From Dehalococcoidia bacterium (lineage in GTDB: Bacteria > Chloroflexota > Dehalococcoidia > Lucifugimonadales > CAJWER01): a stretch of DNA of 64,000 nucleotides. Position 1 is the stretch's first letter. Each line of letters starts with the position of its first letter. Both the position numbers and the translations under genes were made by a program. The notes under the pieces are model-generated. The model saw only the letters and a list, made by a program, of their open reading frames with translations. It was not told the origin of the DNA and did not search any database. Below are positions 8,977 to 18,757 of the stretch, one piece after another. Location: positions 365,279-429,278 of the forward strand of contig CBDCTY010000002.1 in assembly GCA_965222445.1 (NCBI GenBank), read 5' to 3'.

Positions 8977-9948
8977 ATGGAATACGTACGGCTGGGTAGA
9001 TCGGGTGTGAAGGTCTCGAGGATTGCCCTGGGGCTGGGGTTCAGGGGGCAGTCGTCCGTTGCCGCGGCGAGGCGTCTCATCGAGCACGCCATCGACTCGG
9101 GCGTGAACTTCATCGACTGCGCGAACTTCTACCGGGTGATTGGCGGGCCGCTGTCCGAGGAAGTCCTGAGTCCGGTGCTCAGGAAGAGGCGCGACGAGGT
9201 GGTGGTCACCTCGAAGGTCTACGGGCACGTGGGGCCCGGCCCGAACAACGGCGGCAGCACCAGGTACCACATCCTCTCGCAGGTCGAGAGGTCGCTACGC
9301 AGGCTCGGCACCGACCACGTGGACGTCTACCTGCTCCACCAGTTCGACGACGAGACCCCCGTCGACGAGACGGTGAGGGCCCTGGACGACCTGGTGACAT
9401 CCGGCAAGACGCGGTATATCGGCGTCTGCAACTTCAAGGCCTGGCAGGTGTGCAGGTTTCTCTGGACGGCGGACAGGGTGGGAGCGGACCCGCTCGTCAC
9501 CATCCAGAACCCGTACAGCCTCCTGAACCGGACGCTCGAGACGGAGATGTTCGGGCTGCTGCGGGACCAGGGCCTCGGTGCGATGGCCTTCAGCCCTCTG
9601 GGGGCAGGGCTGCTCAGCGGGCTGTACACGCCGGGCGAGCCGCCTGCTCCGGGCTCGCTGTGGGCCTCGAAGGACCCGGCGCGGTACGACCGCTCGCTTG
9701 CCGGCCAGGGCCCGGCTATCATCGCAGCGCTCCGCGACATCGCGGCGGACAGGGGCAAGACGCCGGGCCAGGTGGCCCTGAACTGGGTCATGTCGAAGCC
9801 GGAGATCACGGTCGCAATCTCGGGCAATGACACGATCGATCAGCTGGACGAGAACCTGGGGGCCGTCGGCTGGCGCCTGTCGGACGAGGAGATGGACCGC
9901 CTGGACCGGGCGTCGGAGGGCACGGACGTCAGCTTCGTGAATCTGTAG
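8977..9948 (+). CDS. aldo/keto reductase
   Basis: MEYVRLGRSGVKVSRIALG, DCANFY and RYIGVCNF are AKR family signatures. Confidence 0.9.
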   Translation: MEYVRLGRSGVKVSRIALGLGFRGQSSVAAARRLIEHAIDSGVNFIDCANFYRVIGGPLSEEVLSPVLRKRRDEVVVTSKVYGHVGPGPNNGGSTRYHILSQVERSLRRLGTDHVDVYLLHQFDDETPVDETVRALDDLVTSGKTRYIGVCNFKAWQVCRFLWTADRVGADPLVTIQNPYSLLNRTLETEMFGLLRDQGLGAMAFSPLGAGLLSGLYTPGEPPAPGSLWASKDPARYDRSLAGQGPAIIAALRDIAADRGKTPGQVALNWVMSKPEITVAISGNDTIDQLDENLGAVGWRLSDEEMDRLDRASEGTDVSFVNL

Positions 9949-9986
9949 TGTAAGCTTTGGTTCGAGTTCCTGGTGCTGGTGGGTAT

Positions 9987-10298
9987 ATGACCTTGCAGAT
10001 TCCCATACCGCAGGAAGAGGTGGCTGCATTTTGCCGCCGCTGGCGGATCACCGAGATGGCGCTCTTCGGGTCCGTGCTGCACGACGACTTTCGACATGAC
10101 AGCGACGTGGATGTGCTGGTCCGCTTTCACCCGAAAGCCCGCCATTCTCTCTTCGACCTCGGGCACATGGAGGAAGAGTTGTCCCGGATATTTGGCAGAG
10201 AGGTGGAACTGGTCGAGCGAGTGGCTGTCGAGCGGAGTCGGAACTATATCCGCCGCAAGGCGGTCCTCCAATCGGCAGAGGTGATTCATGTCTCGTGA
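9987..10298 (+). CDS. mntA: MNT-type nucleotidyltransferase antitoxin (type VII TA)
   Basis: ALFGSVLHDDFRHDSDVDVLV matches the GSxx..DxD nucleotidyltransferase motif. It overlaps the downstream DUF86 gene by 11 nt. The ORF opens at 9957. Confidence 0.85.
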   Translation: MTLQIPIPQEEVAAFCRRWRITEMALFGSVLHDDFRHDSDVDVLVRFHPKARHSLFDLGHMEEELSRIFGREVELVERVAVERSRNYIRRKAVLQSAEVIHVS

Positions 10299-10632
10299 CG
10301 ACGATGCGTACCTGCTAGACATGTTGCTGGCTGCGCCCGACGGTGTGCGCTTCGCAACGGGACTGACGTATGCACAGTTCAATGCGAGCCGCTTGCAGCA
10401 GTACGCGATACTCAAGGCAATTGAGATCGTTGGGGGGGCTGCGGCCCACATCAGCGCGGAGACGAAGGATAGCGAGCCGGATGTTTCCTGGGCAGAGACC
10501 ATCGGTATGCGCAACCGCCTCGTGCATGGGTACTTCGAGGTGGATCTAGAGAGGGTGTGGGACACGGTACAAAACGATCTTCCCAAGCTGATAGCACAGA
10601 TAGAGCCGTCGGTGCCGCCGGACACTGACTAA
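10288..10632 (+). CDS. hepT: HepT-like (DUF86) HEPN ribonuclease toxin
   Basis: RNRLVHGYFEVD is the Rx4HxY HEPN motif. Classic pairing with the upstream MNT gene. Confidence 0.85.
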   Translation: MSRDDDAYLLDMLLAAPDGVRFATGLTYAQFNASRLQQYAILKAIEIVGGAAAHISAETKDSEPDVSWAETIGMRNRLVHGYFEVDLERVWDTVQNDLPKLIAQIEPSVPPDTD

Positions 10633-10719
10633 TGACCATGGCCGTGTCAGGCCACACGAGGGGTATGACAATGGCGATGACCCTCCCATCGCCACCCGGC
10701 CTACGGCAAGGGTCGGGGA

Positions 10720-10751
10720 CTGGATACCGGCCTCCGCCGGTATGACGTTGG
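10720..10751. repeat. REP-like palindromic mini-repeat (short variant)
   Basis: CTGGATACCGGCCTCCGCCGGTATGACGTTGG has the stem ATACCGGC/GCCGGTAT. Confidence 0.6.
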
Positions 10752-10832
10752 GTGGGGCAGGCTGCGATAGACATGTCATGGGACGTACGGGAGGTTCAAT
10801 GCGCGGTGGAACCCTCATGTAGCCCGGCATAG

Positions 10833-11738
10833 TCAACGTAGGGAGATCGTGGCGATCCCGGCGACGATGAGGATGGTCGCGGCCGTCTTGACGGCGACCG
10901 CTCGTGGATTGACCTGCTCGCCCAGCATCCCGCGAAACTGCAGCCCCAGCAGCGTGCTGTAGAGCAGCAGGAATAGAGAAGAGCTGGCCGAGAGCGCCGT
11001 GACGAGCGACACGGGGCCCAGCGACGTGGCCCACAGGTTCAGGATCATCCCGGTATTGACTACCAGGAACTCGTTGACCCCGAAGATCGCCAGGGCCGGG
11101 CTCCTGTCCCGGATCATGCTGCGGAGCTCCACCATTGGCTCGACGCGGGCCGTGAAGGCCAGCAGCGGGATGGAGACGCCTAGGGACCGGAATGCGTGCA
11201 CCAGCAGCACGGGCAACGTGCCGAGCGCCTGCTTGGCCGCAATGTTCATCCCCGCCATCAGGATACTGGCACCCAGAAGCTGGTAGAAGGACCTGTCGAT
11301 GGCGAACCCGCGGCCCGCGGCATCCTGCCGCACCGAGATCAAGACCGCGCCTAGGACCGTCAAGAGTATGGCGGCCCAGTCCAGCAGCCTCAGGCTCTCG
11401 TCCAGGAAAAGGACGGCGGCCGGTGCGACGAATATCGGGGACGTCTGAACGACGGGGATGGTGCGTGACACCTCCCTCCGAGCCATCACCCGGAAGAACA
11501 CCACGGCGCTAAGGCCCCCTAAGACGCCTGCCCCCAGTCCCCAGGCCGCCGCGCCCACTGTCAGGTCGTCCAGGGGCGAGACGGCGATGAACACGGCCGC
11601 TATGGGTATGTGGCTCAGGCCGATGAGCATGGGAAGGGTCCGGAGCGACCTGGCGTAGTGGTGTATGAACGCCTTGTCGAGGACGCCGACGAGGCCCAGG
11701 ACGACGGCGCCCAGGAGGGTGATGGCTATCCAGGACAA
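10833..11738 (-). CDS. EamA/DMT-family transporter
   Basis: About 10 TM segments. Start set to the TTG at 11738 (GGAG 8 nt upstream). The 462-aa ORF-track version overlaps the divergent gene and is non-membrane-like at its N-terminus. Confidence 0.75.
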   Translation of the reverse strand: MSWIAITLLGAVVLGLVGVLDKAFIHHYARSLRTLPMLIGLSHIPIAAVFIAVSPLDDLTVGAAAWGLGAGVLGGLSAVVFFRVMARREVSRTIPVVQTSPIFVAPAAVLFLDESLRLLDWAAILLTVLGAVLISVRQDAAGRGFAIDRSFYQLLGASILMAGMNIAAKQALGTLPVLLVHAFRSLGVSIPLLAFTARVEPMVELRSMIRDRSPALAIFGVNEFLVVNTGMILNLWATSLGPVSLVTALSASSSLFLLLYSTLLGLQFRGMLGEQVNPRAVAVKTAATILIVAGIATISLR

Positions 11739-11906
11739 GGCGGCCTCCGGGCAGGGTGGGTGGGAGTGAGAGGCGCGCCTTAGCCATGCTCTCGCATACG
11801 GCTGCCGGTGCGTGTATGCTTTTGCCCGGCCGTAGCGGCATCGCCTGTGCCGCATTATACATCGGGGGCTCCCCCCGTCGGACTCAGATTCAATCCAGGT
11901 GGACAC

Positions 11907-14900
11907 ATGAACCCTCATCGCATCCCTGCAGCAGCCATTCCAGTCGACCGTTTCGAAGCTCTCCACTGGCGGTGCATTGGGCCGTACAGGGGCGGGCGCG
12001 TCGTGGCCGTGGCGGGGCATCCCGTGGAGCGCGGGGGCTTCTACTTCGGGGCTTGCGCGGGCGGCGTGTGGAAGACGGAGGACGGCGGCACATACTGGCA
12101 GAACGTGTCGGACGGCTACTTCGGGACGGCGGCCGTCGGCGCGATCGCGGTTGCGCAGTCCGATGCCAACGTGGTATACGCCGGGACGGGCGAGGCGTGC
12201 ATCAGGGGCAATGTCTCCCACGGCGACGGGGTCTACCGCTCAACCGACGGAGGGCGCACCTGGCGCAACTTGGGGCTTCGAGATACGAGGCACATCGCGA
12301 GGGTACGGGTACACCCGTCGGACCCGGACGTTGCCTACGTAGCCGCGCTCGGGCACGCGTTCGGCCCCAACGACGAGCGCGGGGTCTTCCGCACTACGGA
12401 CGGCGGCGAGAGCTGGGAGCGCGTGCTCGACCGGGGCGACATGGCGGGGGCAGCCGACCTGTGCATGGACCCCGGCAACCCGCGGGTCCTCTACGCGACG
12501 ACGTGGGAGACGCTGCGGCAGCCCTGGAGCTTCACCAGCGGCGGCCCTGGCAGCGGCATCTTCCGGTCCACCGACGGCGGGGACACGTGGGCCGATCTCA
12601 CATGCAATCGGGGCCTGCCCGAGGGGGTAAAGGGCCGTATCGGCGTCGCGGTCTCGCCGGCGATGCCCGGGCGCGTGTGGGCCATCGTCGAGGCCGAGGG
12701 GGGCGGCCTGTTCCGTTCCGACGACGGGGGCGAGACGTGGCAGCATCTCACCGGCGACGCGAACCTGATGCAGCGGCCCTGGTACTACAGCCACGTCGTC
12801 GCCGACCCACGGGACGCGAACACCGTGTGGGTGCTGAACCTCAAGGCGTGGAAGTCTACGGACGGCGGGCGAACGTTCACACATGTGACGACCCCGCACG
12901 GCGACAACCACGACCTCTGGATCGACCCGAACGACACCGACCGGATGATCGAGGGGAACGACGGCGGGGCCTGCGTGTCGTTCAACGGCGGCGATTCGTG
13001 GTCGTCGATATACAACCAGCCGACGGCCCAGTTCTACCACGTGGTGACCGACGACCAGTTCCCGTTCCGTTCCTACGGGACACAGCAGGACAACTCCGCG
13101 GTCAGCGTTCCAAGCCGCTCCATCAAGGGCGCCATCGAGTGGAGGGAGTGCGAGCGGGTGGGCAACTCGGAGTCAGGGCACATTGCCGTGAATCATGGCG
13201 ACCCCAACATCGTCTACTCCGGCACGCCCACCCACGGCGGCGACTTCCTGCTGCGCTACGACAGCCGCACGGAGCAGGTGCGCATCATCACGCCGTGGCC
13301 GGAGTTCAACTGGGGCTACGGGGTGAAGCACCACAAGTACCGCTTCCAGTGGACGTACCCGATCGTCGCCTCACGCCACGACCCCGGCGTCCTGTATGTA
13401 GCGGCGAACGTGGTGCTTAGGTCGCTGGACGAGGGGTCGAGCTGGGAGGAGATCAGCCCCGACCTGACCCGGGCCGACGTGACCAAGATGGAGGTGGCCG
13501 GCGGGCCGATCACGCTCGATGCGACCGGCCCCGAGCACTACGGCACGATATTCGCCCTGGCCGAGTCGCCCCTGGACGCGGAGATGTTGTGGGCCGGCTC
13601 GGACGACGGGCTCGTGCACCTGTCGACCGACGGGGGCGGGAGCTGGCGCAACGTTACGCCGCCGGACATGCCCGAATGGGCGACCGTCAGCGCCATCGAG
13701 CCATCGCCCCACGATAAGGGCGCGGCATATCTGGCCGCCACCCGCTACAAGCTGGACGACTACGCGCCGATCCTGTACCGCACGACGGACTACGGCGAGA
13801 CGTGGGCGCAGATTTTGGACGGCATCAGGCCGGGCGACTTCACGCGGGTCATCAGGGCCGATCTCGTCCGCCCGGGGCTGCTGTACGCTGGGACCGAGAC
13901 GGGCGTGTACGTGTCGTTCGACGACGGGGCGAGGTGGCAGCCGCTCCAGCTCGACCTGCCCGTCACCCCGGTCCACGACCTGTCGGCCAGGGAGAACGAG
14001 CTGGTAGCGGCCACCCACGGACGCTCGTTTTGGGTGCTCGACGACCTGACGTACCTGCGCCAAATCGACGACCCGGACGGCGGCGTGCGCCTGTTCAGGC
14101 CCGCGGACACGTACCGGATACCGCCGGTGAAGGGGCTGCGCCTGTTGCTGCCGGGCAAGAGCTATGGCTTTGGGGCCGCGGAGCAGGCGACGTACCTTCC
14201 GGGAGGGGTCCGCGGCGGGCCGCGCTTCCTGGACGCGGGCGCGAACCCGCCGGACGGCGTCGTGGTCCGCTACGTGCTGCTGGAGGACGCCGGCGAGGTT
14301 ACTTTGGAGATACTGGACTCGGCGGGAGGGTTAGTCAGGGAATTCTCGTCGCGGGCGGCTGACAATCAAGCGCCCGGCGAGCCGGAAGAGCCCGTGCTGC
14401 CCTCGGAGCCGGGTGTCAACGCATTCGAGTGGGACATTAGACACGCCGGTGCGGTGGGAGTCCCGGGCGCGGGCGCCGCCGACAAGGGCCTCCCCGGCCC
14501 GCTGACCGCGCCCGGCAAGTACGAGGCGCGGCTATTGGTCGGCGGCACTGCCAGGTCGCAGTCGTTCGAGCTGCTGCAGGACCCGAGGGGAGGCGCGTCC
14601 ATCGGCGACCTGGAGTCCCAGCGCGACCTTCTGCTGCGAATAAGGGACCGGCGCACCGACCTGAGCCGGGCGGTGCACCAGGTCCGCGCCATTCGCGAGC
14701 AGGTGAGGGAGTGGAGCGAACGGGCGTCGTCCGACGAGCGTTTCCAGACGGTGGTCGAGGCAGCGGACGGCATCGTCAAGGCGCTCGATGGGATCGAGGA
14801 GTCGCTGGTACAGCTCAAGGCCGACGGGCAGCTGAACGGCATCTCGCACGAGGCGCGGCTAGATGCCAAGCTGGCCGATCTGACGGTGGTGGTGTCGTCG

Positions 14901-15059
14901 GGGGACCACCCGCCGACGAGCCAGGCCTACGCGGTGTTCGACGAGGTGACCGAGCGGCTGAGGAAGGTCCTGGACCGGCTGGAGCGAGTCAAGAGCGAGG
15001 ACGTGGGGAAGCTCAGCGCGCTGATCGGGGAGCTGGGCGTGCCTGCGATCAGGGCGTAG
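11907..15059 (+). CDS. BNR/Sortilin(VPS10)-like repeat protein (glycosyl-hydrolase-like beta-propeller)
   Basis: Repeated S-x-D-x-G-x-T-W motifs: TEDGGTYW, STDGGRTW, TTDGGESW, STDGGDTW, SDDGGETW, STDGGRTF, STDGGGSW and TTDYGETW. The ATG at 11907 (MNPHRIP) lies within ORF 11808-15059. Confidence 0.85.
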   Translation: MNPHRIPAAAIPVDRFEALHWRCIGPYRGGRVVAVAGHPVERGGFYFGACAGGVWKTEDGGTYWQNVSDGYFGTAAVGAIAVAQSDANVVYAGTGEACIRGNVSHGDGVYRSTDGGRTWRNLGLRDTRHIARVRVHPSDPDVAYVAALGHAFGPNDERGVFRTTDGGESWERVLDRGDMAGAADLCMDPGNPRVLYATTWETLRQPWSFTSGGPGSGIFRSTDGGDTWADLTCNRGLPEGVKGRIGVAVSPAMPGRVWAIVEAEGGGLFRSDDGGETWQHLTGDANLMQRPWYYSHVVADPRDANTVWVLNLKAWKSTDGGRTFTHVTTPHGDNHDLWIDPNDTDRMIEGNDGGACVSFNGGDSWSSIYNQPTAQFYHVVTDDQFPFRSYGTQQDNSAVSVPSRSIKGAIEWRECERVGNSESGHIAVNHGDPNIVYSGTPTHGGDFLLRYDSRTEQVRIITPWPEFNWGYGVKHHKYRFQWTYPIVASRHDPGVLYVAANVVLRSLDEGSSWEEISPDLTRADVTKMEVAGGPITLDATGPEHYGTIFALAESPLDAEMLWAGSDDGLVHLSTDGGGSWRNVTPPDMPEWATVSAIEPSPHDKGAAYLAATRYKLDDYAPILYRTTDYGETWAQILDGIRPGDFTRVIRADLVRPGLLYAGTETGVYVSFDDGARWQPLQLDLPVTPVHDLSARENELVAATHGRSFWVLDDLTYLRQIDDPDGGVRLFRPADTYRIPPVKGLRLLLPGKSYGFGAAEQATYLPGGVRGGPRFLDAGANPPDGVVVRYVLLEDAGEVTLEILDSAGGLVREFSSRAADNQAPGEPEEPVLPSEPGVNAFEWDIRHAGAVGVPGAGAADKGLPGPLTAPGKYEARLLVGGTARSQSFELLQDPRGGASIGDLESQRDLLLRIRDRRTDLSRAVHQVRAIREQVREWSERASSDERFQTVVEAADGIVKALDGIEESLVQLKADGQLNGISHEARLDAKLADLTVVVSSGDHPPTSQAYAVFDEVTERLRKVLDRLERVKSEDVGKLSALIGELGVPAIRA

Positions 15060-15075
15060 CCGAGTCCTACTGCCC

Positions 15076-15576
15076 TCAGACCATGAGAGCCGGGCAGAGG
15101 AACACGACGTCAACCCCGTGTCTTTGCAGCGGCTCGCGGTGATGCCACCAACTCCTTCTATCCGAGGCGTTAAGCACCTGGGGTTTGCCTCCGCTGGCCA
15201 GCGCTACGGCGACGAACTTGCGGTCGCCTCTGTCGAACGACGCAAGATCAGGATCGTCAGGGAATTCCTCGAATCCACGAGCTTCGTGAGGGGTTACAGG
15301 CACTGTCCGGCAGAGTCGTTCGTTTGCCTGACTCTCCCAGACCCATAGCATGAAGAAGTCGCCGAACCCAGGCTGACCGGAGAGGCTGAGATTATCCCTG
15401 TACTCTTCGAAAATCAGGTACTTGTTGTCCAGGAGAAGAAGGTACTCCTCGGCCACTATCTGCTTCAACTTGTCGATGCACGTAGATACACACATTTGGT
15501 CGGCCTGCTCGGCTTCGCCATTGGCTACGACGGCGACATTGGTATCCACCACGACCGCCGTCTTCTCGACGCTCAC
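15076..15576 (-). CDS. PIN-like domain nuclease (predicted)
   Basis: N-terminal AVVVDTNVAV, then acidic positions FEEY, DRGDRKFVAVA and NASD, laid out as in PIN domains. The GTG start overlaps the ATPase stop (GTGA). Confidence 0.6.
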   Translation of the reverse strand: MSVEKTAVVVDTNVAVVANGEAEQADQMCVSTCIDKLKQIVAEEYLLLLDNKYLIFEEYRDNLSLSGQPGFGDFFMLWVWESQANERLCRTVPVTPHEARGFEEFPDDPDLASFDRGDRKFVAVALASGGKPQVLNASDRRSWWHHREPLQRHGVDVVFLCPALMV

Positions 15577-16934
15577 TCTGCATCTCTCCGTCTCTTGAGC
15601 GCGGCCTCGCTCATAGCGGCAATCTCGCCGAACTGGTCTCGAAAGAAGTCCTTGGGCCAGTTCGTGATGTTGCCGTAGGGGTCAAGCTCGAGTGTGTCGA
15701 GGATGGAGCTATCGTCATCCGCCCGGCAGAAGAATAGGCCGACATCGTCATTTGAGACATCCTCTTCGGCTATGCGGCGCTGGAGCCTGCGCAGCAGGTG
15801 CTCGCTGTGACTCTCTAGTAAGATCTGCACTCCTCGCTTCTTCCATGCGTCGATGAAGACGTCCGCAAGGCCGGCCTGAATAGCCGGGTGCAGGTGGATT
15901 TCGGGCTGCTCCAGAATCACCGTAGATCCCTTTGGCACGTAGAAGCACAGCACGAGCACGGGGAGTATCTGTGAAACGCCGAAGCCTACGTCTGTGATGA
16001 GCACTTCGGCTGACTTCGGGGACTTTCGAACCCTGACCTCGAAGACAGGGCTGCCTTGGGCGAGGGGCACGACGCGGAAGTCGTGGATCAGTCCTAGCTC
16101 TTTGAGCCACAGGGCCACGTATTCCTCGAGTGTGGCTCGGCGTCTGCCCTTGCCGCGCCCAATCTTCTCACCCCGTTCTCGCGACGCCAGTATCGCGTCC
16201 ACTACGGATTCGCCGGCGCGTCCCATGTCTATGGGCTTCGCACCTGACCAGGTGTATCTGCGTTCCGGCTGGGCTCGCAACGGGCCGAGGTAGTGCACGT
16301 TCTCCAGGCTTTCTTCCAGCGCAAGTTCTAGATCAGATAGGAATCCTGCGTTTGTGAAGTACGCGCGCACTTGATCGGGGAAGCCGTAACATTTGACCGG
16401 TGAGGGCAAATCCCAGGCCCGTCCCCTATTGCGTATGAATTTGAAGTCCGTACCATCGGTGAAGAGGTTGTACTTCGCTTTGGGGTTCCGGCGCATTCCG
16501 AACGTCACGTTGCCGACGCCGTACGACACTTCGTCTACGATCATCGACTTGCTGGAACGGATCATCTCCTCTCGCGAGGCGACCTCGTATCTGATGCGGC
16601 TACTCCGAACGACTCTCTCGTTAGTGCTCGCATCGATTACTCTCAAGGGACTCGGTGGCTTCCAGCGAAGCGATATCTTCAGGGTGCCGCTCGTATCGTG
16701 CTTATGTACTACGCTCTTCAAGTCACCCAGATCCGCAGGTGTCCTTCTGTCTCCGAAGTGGAAGACTATGCCGCGGTCCGGCGAGTCCGCAGTCTGCTTC
16801 AGGAGGAGCAGGGCTTGAATCAGGCTGGTCTTGCCGGAGCTATTGGCGCCAAAGAAGCCCGTGATGGGCTTGAGCGCGATGTCTCCGGTGTTCTTCCAGG
16901 ACTTGAAGTTCTCCAGGCGCATTCGTGTCAGCAT
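15573..16934 (-). CDS. AAA_15/AAA_21-type ABC ATPase with DUF3696-like C-terminus
   Basis: MRLENFKSWK..GFFGANSSGKTS is Walker A, VILEQPEIHLHP is Walker B, LLESHSEHLL is the H-loop, and the C-terminal DPYGNITNWPKDFF is a DUF3696-like tail. Confidence 0.8.
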   Translation of the reverse strand: MLTRMRLENFKSWKNTGDIALKPITGFFGANSSGKTSLIQALLLLKQTADSPDRGIVFHFGDRRTPADLGDLKSVVHKHDTSGTLKISLRWKPPSPLRVIDASTNERVVRSSRIRYEVASREEMIRSSKSMIVDEVSYGVGNVTFGMRRNPKAKYNLFTDGTDFKFIRNRGRAWDLPSPVKCYGFPDQVRAYFTNAGFLSDLELALEESLENVHYLGPLRAQPERRYTWSGAKPIDMGRAGESVVDAILASRERGEKIGRGKGRRRATLEEYVALWLKELGLIHDFRVVPLAQGSPVFEVRVRKSPKSAEVLITDVGFGVSQILPVLVLCFYVPKGSTVILEQPEIHLHPAIQAGLADVFIDAWKKRGVQILLESHSEHLLRRLQRRIAEEDVSNDDVGLFFCRADDDSSILDTLELDPYGNITNWPKDFFRDQFGEIAAMSEAALKRRRDAE

Positions 16935-16953
16935 CGGATTTCACCGTGCGGCA

Positions 16954-17562
16954 TCATCTGTGAGTCTTGCTGTGCGACGGCATGATATTCTCGTACACTT
17001 CTACACCACACTTACTGCACTTTACCATTGCCTTTGGCCGCCACCTTTCAACGGGTGGTGAATTGCTCCGGGCTTGACGCCTAGCCTCGCGTTCTCTGTG
17101 AGAGCTACCGCAGTACGGGTGACCCTCATCGTCCTCACATCGGTCATCGGTGGGGTTGATGATCTTGCGGCAGCCTGTTTCAGAGCAGCGCTCCAGCTCC
17201 GGCAGGTCGCGCTGGCAATGTGGACATGCCGCAGCTAGCTCATGGACCTCCTGGATGCAGTGAGGGCACAGTCGGACGTCGAGAGTCTGCCTGCTAACGC
17301 TTCTTTCCGGCACTGGAAGTGACGGCGATCGCGTGTGGTGGCGGCGACTCTCGTCGGATGTGCGCTGCTCGCTCGGCAATCCGATGAGGACCAGCAGGGC
17401 CAGGATGCTGAAGAAGAGGCCCAGGAAGAACCAGGCTCCGCCGCCTCGTCCCTTCTGGCTCGCCAAGTAGGCGCAGAAGGCTCCGATGATCGCACCTTGA
17501 ATCATGTACAGTACCAGGAATTCCAAGGCTACTCCTCCCGTCGTTGCGGTCTGTCTACCCAA
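16954..17562 (-). CDS. membrane protein with two zinc-ribbon-like Cys clusters
   Basis: Two N-terminal TM helices, then CPHC..x12..CPHC, a Cys-rich middle segment and a C-terminal CSKCG. Start uncertain. Confidence 0.45.
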   Translation of the reverse strand: MGRQTATTGGVALEFLVLYMIQGAIIGAFCAYLASQKGRGGGAWFFLGLFFSILALLVLIGLPSEQRTSDESRRHHTRSPSLPVPERSVSRQTLDVRLCPHCIQEVHELAAACPHCQRDLPELERCSETGCRKIINPTDDRCEDDEGHPYCGSSHREREARRQARSNSPPVERWRPKAMVKCSKCGVEVYENIMPSHSKTHR

Positions 17563-17948
17563 CCGTTCCGTTGCGCTCGATGCAGGCCTTTGAGCCGGGT
17601 CGACGGCAGTCTGGTGAGCCTCTGATTGCGCGGGTCGACTTCTATGCCTACGGATTCCAGGGCGGTCACGCCGAGCAGCGGCTCGGAGTCCTCCTCGCCG
17701 AACACGATCGTCGACCCAACGAGATCCCCCATGAACTCTATCTGGCCCACTGTGACATCCATCCTGACTTCGCTGCCATCGGCAAGTCCGTACACACGCT
17801 GGCCTTTGGGCTGGAGACCTATGGCTTCCAGATGCTGCCTGGGCACGAGAGAGTCGACCGCGCCCGTGTCGACCAGGAAGAGCCCTTCCCAGGTCCTGTC
17901 AGGCTCCGCAGGATTCCGAACGGTAACAGTGACGTGTGTAACTCCCAT
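17529..17948 (-). CDS. retropepsin-like (clan AA) aspartic protease
   Basis: LFLVDTGAVDSLV carries the D-T-G-A active-site motif. Single-lobe size (about 125-139 aa) and a LLGVTALESVG flap-like segment. Confidence 0.7.
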   Translation of the reverse strand: MGVTHVTVTVRNPAEPDRTWEGLFLVDTGAVDSLVPRQHLEAIGLQPKGQRVYGLADGSEVRMDVTVGQIEFMGDLVGSTIVFGEEDSEPLLGVTALESVGIEVDPRNQRLTRLPSTRLKGLHRAQRNGWVDRPQRREE

Positions 17949-17961
17949 TTCAACCCCTTGG

Positions 17962-18723
17962 CTAGCGGGCCGTCCAGCCTGCGTCCACGGAGATGGATGC
18001 GCCGGTGATGGAGCGGGCGGCGTCGGATGAGAGGTAGGCGGCCATGGATGCGATTTCGTCGGGCTCGACGAGGCGCTTGATGGCGGCCGGGGCGAGCATC
18101 ACGTCGGTCACGACGTTGGCTTCAGGGATTCCCAGGGTGCGGGACTGGTCGCCGATCTGCTTCTGGACGAGGGGCGTGTTGGCGTAGCCGGGGCAGATGG
18201 AGTTGACGGTGATGCCGTAGTCGCCGACCTCGAGGGCGACGGTCTTGGTGAGGCCGATGACGCCGTGCTTGGCGGCGTTGTATGCGGACTTGTAGGGGCT
18301 GGCGACCAGGCCGTGGATGGACGAGATGTTGATGATCCGGCCCCAGCCGCGCTCCTTCATGCCGGGCACCACGGCCTTGGTGAGCTGGAAGGGCGCGTTG
18401 AGCATGATCTGGATCATCGTGGCCCACTCGTCGTCGGGGAACTCGTCGACTGGGTGGATCTTCTGGATGCCGGCGTTGTTGACCAGGATGTCGACCCCGC
18501 CCGCCTCCTCGAGGGCGCGCCTGCCTAGGTCGTTGGTGCCCTCCATGGTGGAGATGTCGGCCTGGATGAAGGTCCCGCCGACCTCCTCGGCCGTCTCGGA
18601 ACCCGATTCGAGGAGGTCGGTGACCAGGACGCGCGCGCCATCCGCCGCCAGGGCCTTGGATATAGCCCGTCCGAAGCCGCCTCCCGCACCGGTCACCAAC
18701 GCTACCCTATCCGTCAGTGTCAT
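17962..18723 (-). CDS. SDR-family oxidoreductase (3-hydroxybutyrate dehydrogenase-like)
   Basis: TGAGGGFG, NNAG and YKSAYNAAKHG (YxxxK). The ATG at 18723 has GGAGGG 8 nt upstream. Confidence 0.9.
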   Translation of the reverse strand: MTLTDRVALVTGAGGGFGRAISKALAADGARVLVTDLLESGSETAEEVGGTFIQADISTMEGTNDLGRRALEEAGGVDILVNNAGIQKIHPVDEFPDDEWATMIQIMLNAPFQLTKAVVPGMKERGWGRIINISSIHGLVASPYKSAYNAAKHGVIGLTKTVALEVGDYGITVNSICPGYANTPLVQKQIGDQSRTLGIPEANVVTDVMLAPAAIKRLVEPDEIASMAAYLSSDAARSITGASISVDAGWTAR

Positions 18724-18757
18724 GATCGAACCCTCCAATTGGGCACAATGCTATCAT

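Noticed and set aside
15059-15110. The hairpin CTGCCC-N16-GGGCAG after the BNR protein gene as a rho-independent terminator.
   Set aside because: The stem is short, the loop is large and no T-tract follows. The same applies to the TTTTGTCC/GGACAAAA hairpin at about 45150-45185.
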